NCBI RefSeq assembly: GCF_006345805.1
Contig: NC_043015.1
Span: 27,528,001-27,592,000, forward strand
Source: Octopus sinensis
Taxonomy: Eukaryota
Reading direction: 5' to 3'
DNA: 64,000 nt
Positions within the stretch are counted from its first letter, which is position 1, and the number at the start of each line of letters is the position of its first letter. The notes beneath the pieces were generated by a model. The model saw only the letters and a program-made list of their open reading frames with translations, did not search any database and was not told where the DNA came from. Positions 12,401 to 25,319 of the stretch are shown here, piece after piece. The position numbers and the translations under genes are program-made.

Positions 12401-13789
12401 TCAGTCACTTGTCATCGCCTCTTTGAAACTCATCAACTGAAGAGAATGAAATTTCCTGATTGCTCACTTTAAGCTTTCAGTCCTTATTCCTGAAACATTG
12501 AATATGCTTTCATATTTAGAATTCTTTATCATCATTGAAAATTGTTGAAATTTAAAGGCACTATGCAGTGTATGAATTAATTAGTTGGATACATATCTAT
12601 ATGTTTTTATATTAGCGTAAAGATCTTTCTGATATATACATGGCTCAAGGATTAAAAAAGAATATATATTTTGATCAACTTTAGGGTATCATAAGCAATG
12701 ATGCAGCAGAAACAACAGGCTACAGAATACAATGTTTCAACAAGGTACCAAATAGAATAGAAATATGTTTATTATCACTTGATTATATATTCAGTCATTA
12801 TTTTGAGATGTAGATCAAAACTTCCTTCACGGAGAGATTAAATAATGTAGTTACATGTTTTGAATTTAGATTAAACACTTTTGTCATTTCAAAGAAATCA
12901 AAAGTCATTTAAAACCAGTTTATTAATATTGCTAATCTGTTTTTTTTTTTTTTTTTTTGGTGTGTGTGTGTGTGTAATTTTTGTTTATTCTACTATTTAA
13001 ATACTAATTGCTAATATTTCATTTTGAAAATTTGGTATATTTTCCATTGTAATGGCTCTGTAAGCTTCAAGTATGAAGATTAATTTTCTGTCTTATGTTT
13101 ATTTTAATTACTTCCTATAATTTTTAAATAGTATTCTGGTCTTTCGTCTGCTGAAGTTTCTTGAGAGCAATCCATCTTCAATTTTTTTAATACTCTTTCC
13201 TTTTATGAATATTTATTTATGCATCATACTAAGTCATTTCTTTTAGAAGTATCCCATACAAATGGCTATTTCTATATTGTACCACTTGGAATATTGCATT
13301 TATATAGTAATAAAATCTTCACAGAAAATCTTATATAGAGTTGAGAACAATTTATAAGATAAATCATACACCATGACTGATCAGTATGTTAGATTTGAAG
13401 ATATTACTCAAAAATATTTTGCTCTGCTCAACATAATTTGAAATTTTCTTATTAAAGACTGTATCATTCATCATTCTAAAATTGCTAAAATAAGTACCAG
13501 CGAGATATGGCTGTCAATTATTTGTAATATCTATCCTGTATTAGAATGTTCTTATATTAAGGCAAAAGCATGTATCATTTGTTTCATGGTTAGCTAAAGA
13601 GAGTAGTAAACAGGCCAATGTTTTGTAGTCATGTATATTTACAGTTGATTTTCTCTATTATCATGAAAACATTAAAGATAATATAGCTTGTTTCTGGTAG
13701 CTGAAATAAGAATATTCAAAGCTGTGTTGAAAGTTAAACTTTAACTTTATACTACAACAGCATTATGATAGATAGAACAATTATAGATA

Positions 13790-15170
13790 TGAAAACAAGG
13801 AAAGCCCTTGTCCATCAGGAATCACTACTGAGATGCTTAAAATCTCAGGGAAGGAGATATGATCTTGTTGCCTGCATTGTTCATCAGATGGTCCAAGAAG
13901 GTATCATATTCAGCAACTAGTGTAGTACATTACAGTCAACTGCTACAAAGGCAAGGAGGATGCCTTAGATAGAAGTAATTACATAGGTACTACATAGCTG
14001 GTGCAGGCCGCCAAATTTATACTAAAAGTCTTTACTTAAAAAATTCAGGAGAGAGTTAACCTAGATGATATACAGTTCAGTTTTGTGTCATGGAGTATCA
14101 CTATTGATGCTATCTTCCTAATAAAACAACTAGAAGCATTTAACCAAAAAATAAACCACTGTTCATGGTATTTATTGACATGAGAAAATCTTTTAACAGA
14201 GTCCCTCACGCTCCTATGTGGTAGTCACTGCTAGTGCTAGGGGTAGGTGAGTGGCAGGTGAGAGTTAGTCAAGCTATGTATAGGGGTGCCGTCAATAAAA
14301 TGAAAATCAGCCATGGGTATAGCAACAAATTTAGGGTGCTGGTAGTTCACCAGGGCTCAGTTCTAAGTCCTCTCTTATCCATCATAGCTCTCCAGGCCAT
14401 AATAGAAGAGTTAAGACTGGTTACTCATTGAAGCTCCTCTATGCTGATGACTTTGTTTTCGTAGCTGAATCTATATTAGAATTAGTAAGGAAAACTCTTT
14501 GTGGAAATGGCCCTGCTCAATATGTTGTAAAAGTGCAGGTAGGAATTCCATACAGGGTGAACAGTGTAGGCTATGGACACACAAGAGGTGCAAAAGAATC
14601 GCAGGAAGGATAACAAAGAAAGTAATCTTTGTGTGTGGCAGATGTGCAGGAATAATAACCATAATGACAACAGGAAAAAGATTTCCTTAAAAGTCCAGGA
14701 AGATCTTATGAGGTTGGAGATACTTTCTATAACTTAAGTGACCTAATCAGCAGTGGAGGAGGATGCTCTGAAAGTGTAGTCACTTGAATAAGAACCAACT
14801 GCTGAAAGTTCAGAGAGCTATTACCTTTGTTGATTACAAAGGGCTTCCCCCTCAGAGGAAAAGACAGGTTGTATGATGTACAATAAGTATAAATGTACTA
14901 AAAGAAGAATTGAGTATAAGAGGCATCAGATATAGTGTGCAAGAGAGAAGACTGTACTGGTATGGTCATGTGATGTGTATAGCAAAGAATAGATGTATGA
15001 AGGATTACTGATCACTAAATGTGGATGGAGCATGTGGTAGAGGAAGACACAGAAAGAAGTGTGATGAAGTAGTAAAAAGTGGCCTTCCAATGTTGAGCCT
15101 CACAGAGGAGATAATAAAGAACTGAGACAATTGGCAATTTGCTGTTTTTGAGAAGACCCATCTAAGTACA
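13790..15170 (+). mobile_element. Decayed RTE LINE RT region
   Basis: Broken KTGKA..SGITTEMLKIS, VHQGSVLSPLL, LLYADD, WYGHV motifs. Confidence 0.8.
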
Positions 15171-15689
15171 ATGAAACCTTAAAAAGCATGCTGTTAGTGT
15201 CTATACCCCTGCACACAATTTGTCGCTGACAAAATCTCTTCCCACAACTCATCTTCCTAACACCCACTTCCTCCACCTGTGTCTATCATTCACTACATTC
15301 CCATCCCATCTATCTTCCACTCTCCTTTTGCACTCTTGCAAACTTACCTGACAAATCTCTCTCTCCTGCAATTCCTAATTCCCATTCACTGCATCTCCTA
15401 CTCTCCTTTTGCCCATTTTCAAAATTATCTGCTTAATCACCCTGTGCAATCCTCTGTACCACTTCAATCACTTCAATTGTGTACCCTTCCCTGTAACTTG
15501 AGGTTACATCTCAACACCATCTTCTCTCTCTCTCTTTCCATGGAGTAGCCATATATTTTTGCTATTGCAAGACACTTGTTTCTGTCCCTCTAGCATATTG
15601 TAGCCTCTCATCACCTGTCACAAATTCTCCTCCCACAATACTACTTCCCTCCTCACTTCAGCGGTCTTTGTCGTCCATATTACTTGGTG

Positions 15690-15890
15690 ACCTTGCTAGT
15701 GCTGGTGTCACGTAAAAAGTACCTAGTATATTTTGTAAAGTGGTTGGCATTAGGAAGGGCATCTGGCAGTAGAAAACATTCTGAAGCAAGCATTGGAGCA
15801 TGGTGCAGTCCTCTGGCTTTCCAGCACCTACCAAACTATCCAACCCATGCCAGCATGGAAAGCAGGTGTTAAATGGTGCTGATGATGTTT
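15690..15890 (+). mobile_element. RTE 3' UTR/tail fragment
   Basis: GGTTGGCATTAGGAAGGGCATC..CCATGCCAGCATGGAAAG motif. Confidence 0.7.
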
Positions 15891-17321
15891 TATATATGTG
15901 TGTGCGTGCACATGTGCATGTACATGTGTGTGTGTGCATATTGTGTTCAGACTGCGAAAGCAATTGCAAAATAAAGCTTTTATTTCATTTCAAGGTTTTT
16001 CTAGAAACTACCCTCAAGGAAATATTTCTGAAGATAATAAGCTAATGAACCCCAGTATTTTTAGCACATGATACATTTTCTCTCAAAGTTCAGAGTTTCT
16101 GTATTCTGTTTATTCATATTCATATAAGAAACTAAATGCAAACTGAAAAATCAAAGAGAAGCATCTAAATAAATAACAATTTAGGAAAATATGAAAGAAT
16201 ATTCTATAAGTCTTATTTCTTGTTTTTATGGCCACTCAGAACAGGAAGAGCAGTATTTGTGGCCCTTTTTGTAAGACTCTGGGACTGATGGTAGAGAAAA
16301 TCAGAAGATATTGAGTTATCCTTAGATCAGAGACTTGATCTAAATACTTATACTGAAATGAGCTATGCAGAAAGCAACCATAGAACTAGACAGTGGTGAT
16401 GTTTAACCAACTAACAAAAGTCTACTACTCAAGAGCATAGACAAGCTTCTGTATAACTTTTATCAAGCCAATTTCACTGACAAGGCATAAGTCAACCTGA
16501 AACTACAGCAGAAAACATGCTCAAGGTGCCATGCAATGGGGAATCAAATTTTATACCATGTAAATATGAAGCAATCTTCTTAATCAGGATTAAACTCCTT
16601 TAAAATTTGCAGCATATTTTAATGAATGCAGTTTTTTAAAATTAAGAGTAAGATTTAAAATACAAAATCTTACAATTTTTGTTTTTCTTTCTTATTGAAT
16701 TTCTTTTTCTTCTTTAACCCTTCAAGTAATTTTTCTAGTCATTGTTGTTAAAAGTATACTCTAAGTTGGCTTTTCTCAAAGATTCTAATACTAACACTGG
16801 AAATTATTTATAATATTTTTCCACTAATCTAACTGTGCAATGTAACAATAGAAGTTCAAATGAAATTAATTGAACAATAAAATTAAATTACAGAACATTT
16901 ATGAATATTGATTTATATTTTAGATGGAAGAATTTAAAAAATACAAAGATTTGTTGCTTTATTTTTTGTTCTTTTGTTCTTTTTTAATCTATATTGATTC
17001 ATTATCTTTACTTCAGAAATGAAAAGGAGATACAATTTTTCAATTTGTTTGTTTTGAATTTAATTCCTTAAGAAAACATTTTCAAATTCAAAAGAATTTA
17101 TTTATTTATTTTTATTTTTTGCATTTTAGTATTTCATTTTGTTACTGTTGTAAATCTGAAGAGGATTTCATCAAGTTTAACCTTTCATTCTTTTGACAAA
17201 GTCCTTGAAAATAGATCGCTTATATATTTTATATTAAGCTAAAAAATAAAAAATTATGTTTCTATAGATTAAATTTATCAAGTGCTAATAATAAAATGAG
17301 ATTTTGATTGCTTCTTTTCAG

Positions 17322-17396
17322 AAAAGAAATTTTTACAAACCTCACTTGATCAATATAAAAACAAAAGACTTCACCTTGAACAGATTTTGGAGTCTG
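17322..17396 (+). CDS. Candidate 75-nt internal exon of an unidentified host gene (phase 1-1)
   Basis: cttcttttcag|..|gtatgt; open frame KKFLQTSLDQYKNKRLHLEQILES. Confidence 0.4.
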
Positions 17397-17551
17397 GTAT
17401 GTTATTTTATAAGTTTATTTTGGCATACTGATACCATTTCATACTTGTTATTGCTCTTTAATCTATTAAAAGATCTAATCATCATTTAGACAGGTTTGTA
17501 TTTGCCCGTGTGTGTGTGTGTGTGTGTGTTTCATATTCAATTCATTTTCAG

Positions 17552-17639
17552 ATTATTGTAAAGATGATAAAAATGTATCAATGCAAATTTACATTTTAAT
17601 TGGATTTGCATCATATGTTTCAGTTTCTATTTCTGTAAA
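17552..17639 (+). CDS. Candidate 88-nt internal exon (phase 1-2), in frame with the 17322 exon
   Basis: ttcattttcag|..|gttagt; DYCKDDKNVSMQIYILIGFASYVSVSISV. Confidence 0.4.
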
Positions 17640-18131
17640 GTTAGTCATGCATGACATTCTATAATTTGATGCTGCTGCACATTAGATTATTATGATTTCT
17701 TACATCAATAATGTAAATTTATTTGCTTCATGTTATCTTGTTGAACCTCTTTCTTTCTTCTACATTTTCCTTGTCATTGTGAACATTCTTCTTTAAGTTT
17801 CATTTTTTATATAATTTTTTTATCATCTTTTATCTCTGTCTTCACTTTCTGCCTTCCTGTGCTTTCTTTACAACAACAACAACAACAACAACTACTACTA
17901 CTACTACTACTACTACTATCACCTTCAGGTGTTTTTATATCTCATGCTTGTATGCTTTTGCCATACTTATCAGTACATGGCATCTATGGTGTTATTGTGG
18001 GTTTCTCTAGGTTTTAACTTTAAATTTACTATGCCAGGCCATTACTGACATCTCAATTTACAAGTGAAACAGCTTTATACAGGAGTCTTCTCTGTGTATA
18101 ATTTACTTGCATCCATTGATGTCATTTATAC

Positions 18132-18166
<35 letters not shown>

Positions 18167-18258
18167 AAAACCAAGTATATTAATTCCAGAATTAGTGTTA
18201 AGTTGACAAGGCGAATCATTTTCAAAAATAATTCCAAACAATTGTAAATAAAAACCAT

Positions 18259-18301
<43 letters not shown>

Positions 18302-18576
18302 TATATAATAAATAATAAATAATAAAACATATGCATATATACATACATACATATATGTACGTACCTACCTCTACATGTATATATACATGCATATATGGGT
18401 ACAGGACACCAAAAAAACGTCGAACACAATGAGAAACGAAAACAAACACAAAACCAAGGAAAGGGACATTTTTCTTAAACAACGAAAAAATAGAGTACAG
18501 GATATACAAATCAAGGAAAATTCCCCTTCTTCAGTCGCCTTTGTTTCATCTACTCCACGTTTCGAAGGTCAAGGCG

Positions 18577-18579
<3 letters not shown>

Positions 18580-18635
<56 letters not shown>

Positions 18636-18852
18636 ATATGTATATAAATAAATATATATATAATATATATATATGTATATAAATAAATATATATATATAT
18701 ATATAGATATATATATATATATTATACTTATATATATATATATGTATATAAATAAATATATATATATACTATATATATATATATTATATAATATATATAT
18801 ATAATTATATATATATATATATATATATACATACATACATATATATATATAC

Positions 18853-18893
<41 letters not shown>

Positions 18894-18980
18894 AATATAT
18901 ATATATATATAATAAATTAATAAATAATTAAACATATGCATATATACATACATATATATATATTATATATATATAACATA

Positions 18981-19012
<32 letters not shown>

Positions 19013-19114
19013 CATATATATATACATATATATATATATAATAAATAATAAAACATATGCATATATACATACATATATATATATATATAATATATTATAT
19101 TATATATGTAAAGC

Positions 19115-19182
<68 letters not shown>

Positions 19183-19253
19183 ATAAATAAAACATATGCA
19201 TATATACATACATTATATAATATATATAATATATATATATATATATGTAAAGC

Positions 19254-19287
<34 letters not shown>

Positions 19288-19335
19288 ATAATATATAATA
19301 TATATATATATATAATATATATATATGTATGTAAA
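18580..19335. repeat. Long compound (TA)n tract with recurring anchor words
   Basis: AAACATATGC and GTAAAGCATA recur within TA runs. Confidence 0.9.
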
Positions 19336-19339
19336 GCAT

Positions 19340-19800
19340 AGGCATAGGTGGGGGTTGTGTGGTAAGTTTGTTTCTCAACCACATAGTTCTGAGTTCAGTC
19401 CCATTGCATAGTACTTTGGGCAACTGTCTTCTACTATAGCCTCAGGTTGACTAAAATATTTTGTGAATAGACTTGGTAGACAGAAATTGAAAGAAGCCCA
19501 TTGTATGTGTGTGTGTGTGTGTGCATGCACATGTGTGAGAGCGTGCATGCACATGTGTGTGTGTGTGTGTGTGTGTCTTTGCATCTTTGTTTGTCCCCCA
19601 TCACTGCTTCACAACCAGTATTGGTGTGTCTACAACCCCATAACTTAACGTCTCAGTAAAAGACAGCAAAAGAATAGGTTACAAAAAGAATAGGCTTCAA
19701 AAACCAAAAGCGAAAAAATAGTACTGGATGCAATTTATTTGACTAAAATTCTATAAGTCAAAACCCCTGCATGGCTACAGTTTAATGATGAAACGAGTAA
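19340..19800 (+). mobile_element. tRNA-derived SINE with internal (TG)n
   Basis: GTGTGGTAAG..GAGTTCAGTCCC head; GGGCAACTGTCTTCTACTATAGCC central domain. Confidence 0.75.
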
Positions 19801-19844
19801 AATATAAAGGATACACACACACACACACACATACATATATACTC

Positions 19845-20243
19845 TTTTACTCTTTTACTTGTTTCAGTCATTTGACTGCGGCCATGCTGGAGCACCACCT
19901 TTAGTCGAGCAAATGGATCCCAGGACTTATTCTTTGTAAGCCCAGTACTCATTCTATCGGTTTCTTTTTGCCGAACCGCTAAGTGATGGCGACGTAAACA
20001 CACTAGCATTAGTTGTCAAGCAATGCTAGGGGGACAAACACAGACACACAAACATACACACACATATATATACATATACGATGGGCTTCTTTCAGTTTCC
20101 GTCAACCAAATCCACTCACAAGGCTTTGGTCGGCCCGAGGCTATAGTAAAAGACACTTGCCCAACATGCCACGCAGTGGGACTGAACCCGGAACCATGTG
20201 GTTGGTAAACAAGCTACTTACCACACAGCCACTCCTGCGCCTA
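19845..20243 (-). mobile_element. tRNA-derived SINE (same family)
   Basis: Reverse complement GGCGCAGGAGTGGCTGTGTGGTAAG..GGTTCAGTCCC..TGGGCAAGTGTC; AAAGAGT tail. Confidence 0.85.
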
Positions 20244-20312
20244 TATATATATATAATATATATATATATACACACACATATAAACACACACACACACACA
20301 CACACACATATA

Positions 20313-20550
20313 TCATCATCATCATCATCATCATTGCTAGCATGGGTTGGACGGTTCAACCAGGGTCTGGGAAGCCAGGAGGCTGCACCAGGCTCCAGCC
20401 TGATCTGGCAGTGTTTCTACAGTTGGATGCCCTTCCTAATGCCATCACTCCGTGAGTGTAGTGTGTGCTTTTTACATGCCATCGGCACAGGTGCCAGGGG
20501 AGGCTGGCAATGGCCATGATTAGTTGGTGCTTTATACATGCAACCGGCAT
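20313..20550 (-). mobile_element. RTE 3' UTR/tail fragment
   Basis: (ATC)n plus GCTAGCATGGGTTGGACGG..GATGCCCTTCCTAATGCC. Confidence 0.8.
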
Positions 20551-20760
20551 ATATACATATATATATATATGTGTGTGTGTGTGTGTATATATGTATATCA
20601 TCATCATCATCATTTAGCGTCCGTTTTCCATGCTAGCATGGGTTGGACGGTTCAACTGGAGTCTGTGAAGCCGGAAGGCTTCATCAGGCCCAGTCAGATC
20701 TGGCAGTGTTTCTACGGCTGGATGCCCTTCCTAATGCCAACCACTCCGTGAGTGTAGTGG

Positions 20761-21190
20761 GTGCTTTTTACGTTCCACCCGCACAGGTGCTAGACAGAGC
20801 TGGCAAACGGCCACGAACGGATGGTGCTTTTACAAGCCACCGGCACGGGGACCAGGCTAGGCTGGCATCAGACACGAACGAATGGTGCTTTTACGTGCCA
20901 CCGGCACGGGGACCAGGCGAGGCTGGCAACGGACATGAATGGATGGTGCTTTTACGTGCCACCGGCAAGGGGGCCAGCCGAGGCTGGCAGCGGATACGAA
21001 CGGATGGTGCTTTTACGTGCCACCAGCACGGGGGCCAGGCAAGGCTGGCAATGGACACGAATGGATGGTACTTTTACGTTCCACCGGCACGGGGGCCAGT
21101 TGAGGCTGGCAGCGGATACGAATGGATGGTGCTTTTACGTGCCACCGGCACGGAGGCCAGACGGGGCGGCACTGGCAACGACCACGATCG
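20761..21190. repeat. Seven-unit 61-bp minisatellite in the RTE 3' UTR
   Basis: GTGCTTTTACG anchors at 20761, 20824, 20885, 20946, 21007, 21068 and 21129. Confidence 0.92.
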
Positions 21191-21301
21191 AATGGTTTGC
21201 TTAACCACAGCTGCAATTTCCACTGATGTTGATCGACCTCAATTTTGGTTCTGCTTTCTGATATCTGATTTGATTTGGTTTGATTTTGATTTTGACTGTT
21301 C

Positions 21302-24300
21302 TCACTGGTCTTGCCGGGTCTTCTCACGCACAGCATACCTCCATAGGTCTCGGTCTCTAGTCATTTCCTTGGTGAGACCTAAAGTTCGAAGGTCGTGCTT
21401 CACCACCTCATCCCAGGTTTTCCTGGGTCTACCTCTTCCACAGGTCCCCTCAACTGCCAGGGTGTGGCACTTTTTCACACACCTATCTTCATCCATTCTC
21501 GCCACATGACCATACCAGCGCAATCGTCTCTCTTGCACACAACAACTGATGCTTCTTAGGTCCAACTTTTCTCTCAAGGTACTAACACTGTTGACTATGA
21601 ACACTGACATTACACATCCAACGGAGCATACTAGCTTCATTTCTTGCGAGCTTACGCAAATCCTCAGCAGTCACAGCCCAAGTTTCACTACCATGTAGCA
21701 TGGCTGTACGTACACATGCATCATACAGTTTGCCTTTTACTTTGAGCGAGAGGCCTTTTGTCACCAGCAGGGGTAAGAGCTCTCTAAACTTTGCCCAGGC
21801 TATTCTTACTCTAGCAGTTACACTTTCAGCACACCCGCCCCCGCTACTGACTTGGTCACCTAGGTAGCGGACGCTATCAACTACTTCTAGTTTTTCTCCC
21901 TGAAACGTGATAGAAGTTGGTCTCTGCATATTTTCAGAGTTTATTGCTCCAGAGCATCTGCCACAGATAAAAACTATTTTCCTAGTTAGTCTTCCTTTGA
22001 CATTATTACATCTCTTATGTGTCCATAGCTTACATTTGGTGCATCTTATAGAGTTTCTACCTACGCCTTTTCTACAGATCGAGCAAGGCCATCTACCTGA
22101 AGGCGTTTGTGATTGGTCTACCTTCCTACTTATTAGGACTTTGGTTTTGGCTAGGGTGATTCTAAGGCCCTTCGATTCTAAACCTTGCTTCCACACCTGA
22201 AACTTCTCCTCCAGTTCTGATAGAGACTCAGCAATTAGAGCAAGGTCATCAGCATAGAGGAGCTCCCAGGGGCATCCTGTCTTGAATTCCTCCGTTATTG
22301 CCTGGAGGACTATGATAAATAGAAGGGGACTGAGGACTGAACCTTGGTGGACCCCAACCTCTACCCTGAATTCTTCGCTGTACTCGATGCCAACCCTCAC
22401 CTTACTAGCAGCGTCTCTGTACATGGCTTGCGCAGCTCTCACTAACCATTCATCTATCCCTAGTTTCCTCATTGACCACCAGATAAGGGATCAGGTGACC
22501 CTGTCGAAGGCTTTCTCCATATCGACAAAAGCCAGGTATAGGGGCTTGTCTTTGGCTAGGTATTTCTCCTGCAGCTGTCTTACCAGGAAAATAGCATCAG
22601 TAGTACTTTTCCCTGGCACGAACCCAAACTGCATCTGATCTAAGCTAACTCTCTCTCTAATTAGTTGGGCTATAACCCTCTCCGTAACCTTCATTACCTG
22701 ATTTAGCAGCTTGATACCCCTGTAGTTATTTGTATCTAGGGCGTCACCTTTACCTTTGTAGCAGTTGACTAGTATGCTGCTACACCAGTCATTGGGAATG
22801 ACTCCTTCGTGTATCACCTGGTTAACTATACAGGTGACTAGGCTATAGCCGACACTACCAGATATTTTGAGCATCTCTGCAGTAATTCCTGATGGGCCTG
22901 GGGCTTTCCCTGTTTTCATGCTTGTAATTGCCTTAACTACCAAGGAACTGTCAACTCGGATTGCTGGTCCCTCTGTTGGGTCAACATTCTGCAGACTCTC
23001 TTTATCCCATTCATTTTCCTCATTCAGCAACCTTTCATAGTGGCGTCTCCAAACCTCTCTCTTTGCATCCTCATTTAGCGCAAGTGAGCCGTCATCCATG
23101 CGAACACATTTTTCTCCTACCACGTCACGATTATCTCTCACACACTGTCTTGCTATACGAAATACCTCAAGTCTTTCATCCTCACGGCGCAGGACATTGG
23201 CAAATTTTTTCTTATCTGCTTCCCCTCTGGCTAAATACACTTGCCTCCTAGCTTCCCTTCTTGCAGTCTGATACACTTCCCTGCTACCACCGTTCTTCCA
23301 GTCCTTCCAAGCCTGTTTCTTTTGTCTAATAGCCCTGTCAACAGTATTGTTCCACCACCACGTTATTTTGGGTCTTGTGGGGACTTTGCACCAGCCACAG
23401 ATCTGGTCAGTGGCTTTCAGCAGGTTGTTCCTCAGAAGCGCCCAGTTATCTTCTACCCCATGAGTAGCTATGCCCCCTTCTATTTCGTCGAAGGCTTCAA
23501 GTAACATGTCTCTAAATCTCTGTCCATTCGCAAGGTCTTTAAGCTTCCAGACCCTTCTTCTCCATGTTGGTCGTCTTCTAGTCGTCCTCTTAGTCCTGAT
23601 TCTAAAGTCACTGACTACCAGTCTATGTTGTGGGATACATTCTTCGCCTGGGAAGGTTTTGGCATTTATAAGCAGCCATCTTTCCCTTTTTCTGGCAAGG
23701 ATGTAGTCGATTTGGCTAGTATGCTGGCCCGAACGGTAGGTGACCAAGTGGCTTGTTGGTTTCCTGAAGTTAGTGTTGCAAACCATAAGACTATTTGCAT
23801 CACAGAACTCCAGCAGCCTGGTTCCCTCCTCATAGTGAGAACCATAACCATAGCCTCCATGAACGCCATAGAAGCCCTCAGCATATCGTCCAACATGCCC
23901 ATTGAAGTCACCAGCCACAAAGAGAAGGTCCCTGTCATTCGTCAATGAGGTGGTCTGCAGTAGGGTGTCATAGAAACAGTCTTTCTGTCCATCGGGTAGC
24001 CCTGGCTGAGGGGCATAGGCCGATATAATAGTTGCTAAACTATGATGGAGCACTAATCTAATCTTCAGTATTCTGTCACATACTCTGACTACCTCGATTA
24101 CCTTACCTACCCATTTTTCGGCAATAAGCATACCCACTCCCCCGACCCCTTCAGTATTCTCAGCCCAGAAAATCTTGTACCTCTGTCCTTTACCTGTGAG
24201 GAACCTAGCAGAACCTCCTCTCCACCTCACCTCTTGAATACAGCATATATCTACACACCTCTGTTCAAGCAATTCAACGATCTCGCCAGATCTGCCTTTC

Positions 24301-24370
24301 AGTGTGCCAACGTTGAGGGTGTCAACCCTGAGGGAGTGGGAGGCATTGGACCTAGTAGCATCGTGAACCT
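21302..24370 (-). pseudogene. RTE endonuclease-reverse transcriptase, one in-frame TGA and one frameshift
   Basis: TLNVGTL..CCIQEVRW..SAYAPQ..GDFNGH..SQIDYIL..QHRLV (APE); KAPGPSGI..NYRGIKLL..FVDMEKAFDRV..GVHQGSVLSPLLF..LLYADD (RT). TGA at 22491-22493 is in frame with the next ORF; frameshift near 21590. Confidence 0.95.
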
Positions 24371-24761
24371 GAAAAGAAAACTCGTGTTTATTTATATATA
24401 TATATATATATATACATACATACATATACATATATTATCCAAAGCGTATAGCTTTATATATCCATTACGACTGATCTTACCAATAGGTTTTGTGCAAGGA
24501 ATAATAATGGAGTATTAGATAACAATCCAATTATATAACCTTACACTCATCAGAGTTAGCAGATATGGATAGGAATATGATGACTGTTGTCTATTGTCGG
24601 AGGTGGATTGACACAACCAGTCAGTGGCTGCTGTGGAAAAGGTAGTAAAACAAAAAAGGGCCAGGGGATTAGGTAAAGAGTTATGTTCCTTTGTTGGGTA
24701 TGCTGTGAAGCTGATAAGAGTTATCTTGAAGTGTTTGTGGGATAAGTGTGCATTATATATA

Positions 24762-24843
24762 TGTAATGACTAAAGAAAATAGTCTAAAATTGGGGCATAT
24801 AAGCCCTTAATGGAAAAAGTAGTATACATACATACATACATAC

Positions 24844-24889
<46 letters not shown>

Positions 24890-24895
24890 TATATG

Positions 24896-24971
<76 letters not shown>

Positions 24972-24973
24972 TG

Positions 24974-25009
<36 letters not shown>

Positions 25010-25084
25010 TGTATGTATGTATACTACTTTTTCCATTAAGGGCTTATATGCCCCAATTTTAGACTATTTTCTTTAGTCATTACA
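24762..25084. repeat. Perfect palindromic element: ~62-bp unique arms around mirrored microsatellite, TA-flanked
   Basis: TGTAATGACTAAAGAAAATAGTC..GGAAAAAGTAGTATAC is exactly inverted at about 25020-25084. Confidence 0.88.
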
Positions 25085-25319
25085 TAGTAATTACTTATAT
25101 ATATATTTACATACACATATACACATACACACACACACCACATGCACAAACACACACACACGCGTGCACACACACGCGCACGCACACACATACACACACA
25201 TATCTTTTATATTTGCGTATAAGTATCACAGGACGGTTAACAGAGAAAATAGTGTTCGTGTGTCGCAAATATGCAAGTACAATAAACACTAAGAGATTTC
25301 CTTAAGTGCTCAGGAGATC

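Larger units (their letters stand above)
20598..24385 (-). mobile_element. Near full-length RTE LINE (APE + RT ORF, ~700-bp 3' UTR, (ATG)n tail)
   Basis: ORFs 22491-24431, 21582-22472 and 21302-21640 form one protein; 3' UTR contains a 61-bp array; tail at 20598-20612. Confidence 0.97.

Noticed and set aside
20643-21509. 288-aa ORF, and a CRISPR-like look of the 61-bp array
   Set aside because: Antisense to the RTE 3' UTR; the units are diverged tandem repeats with no unique spacers, and there are no cas genes
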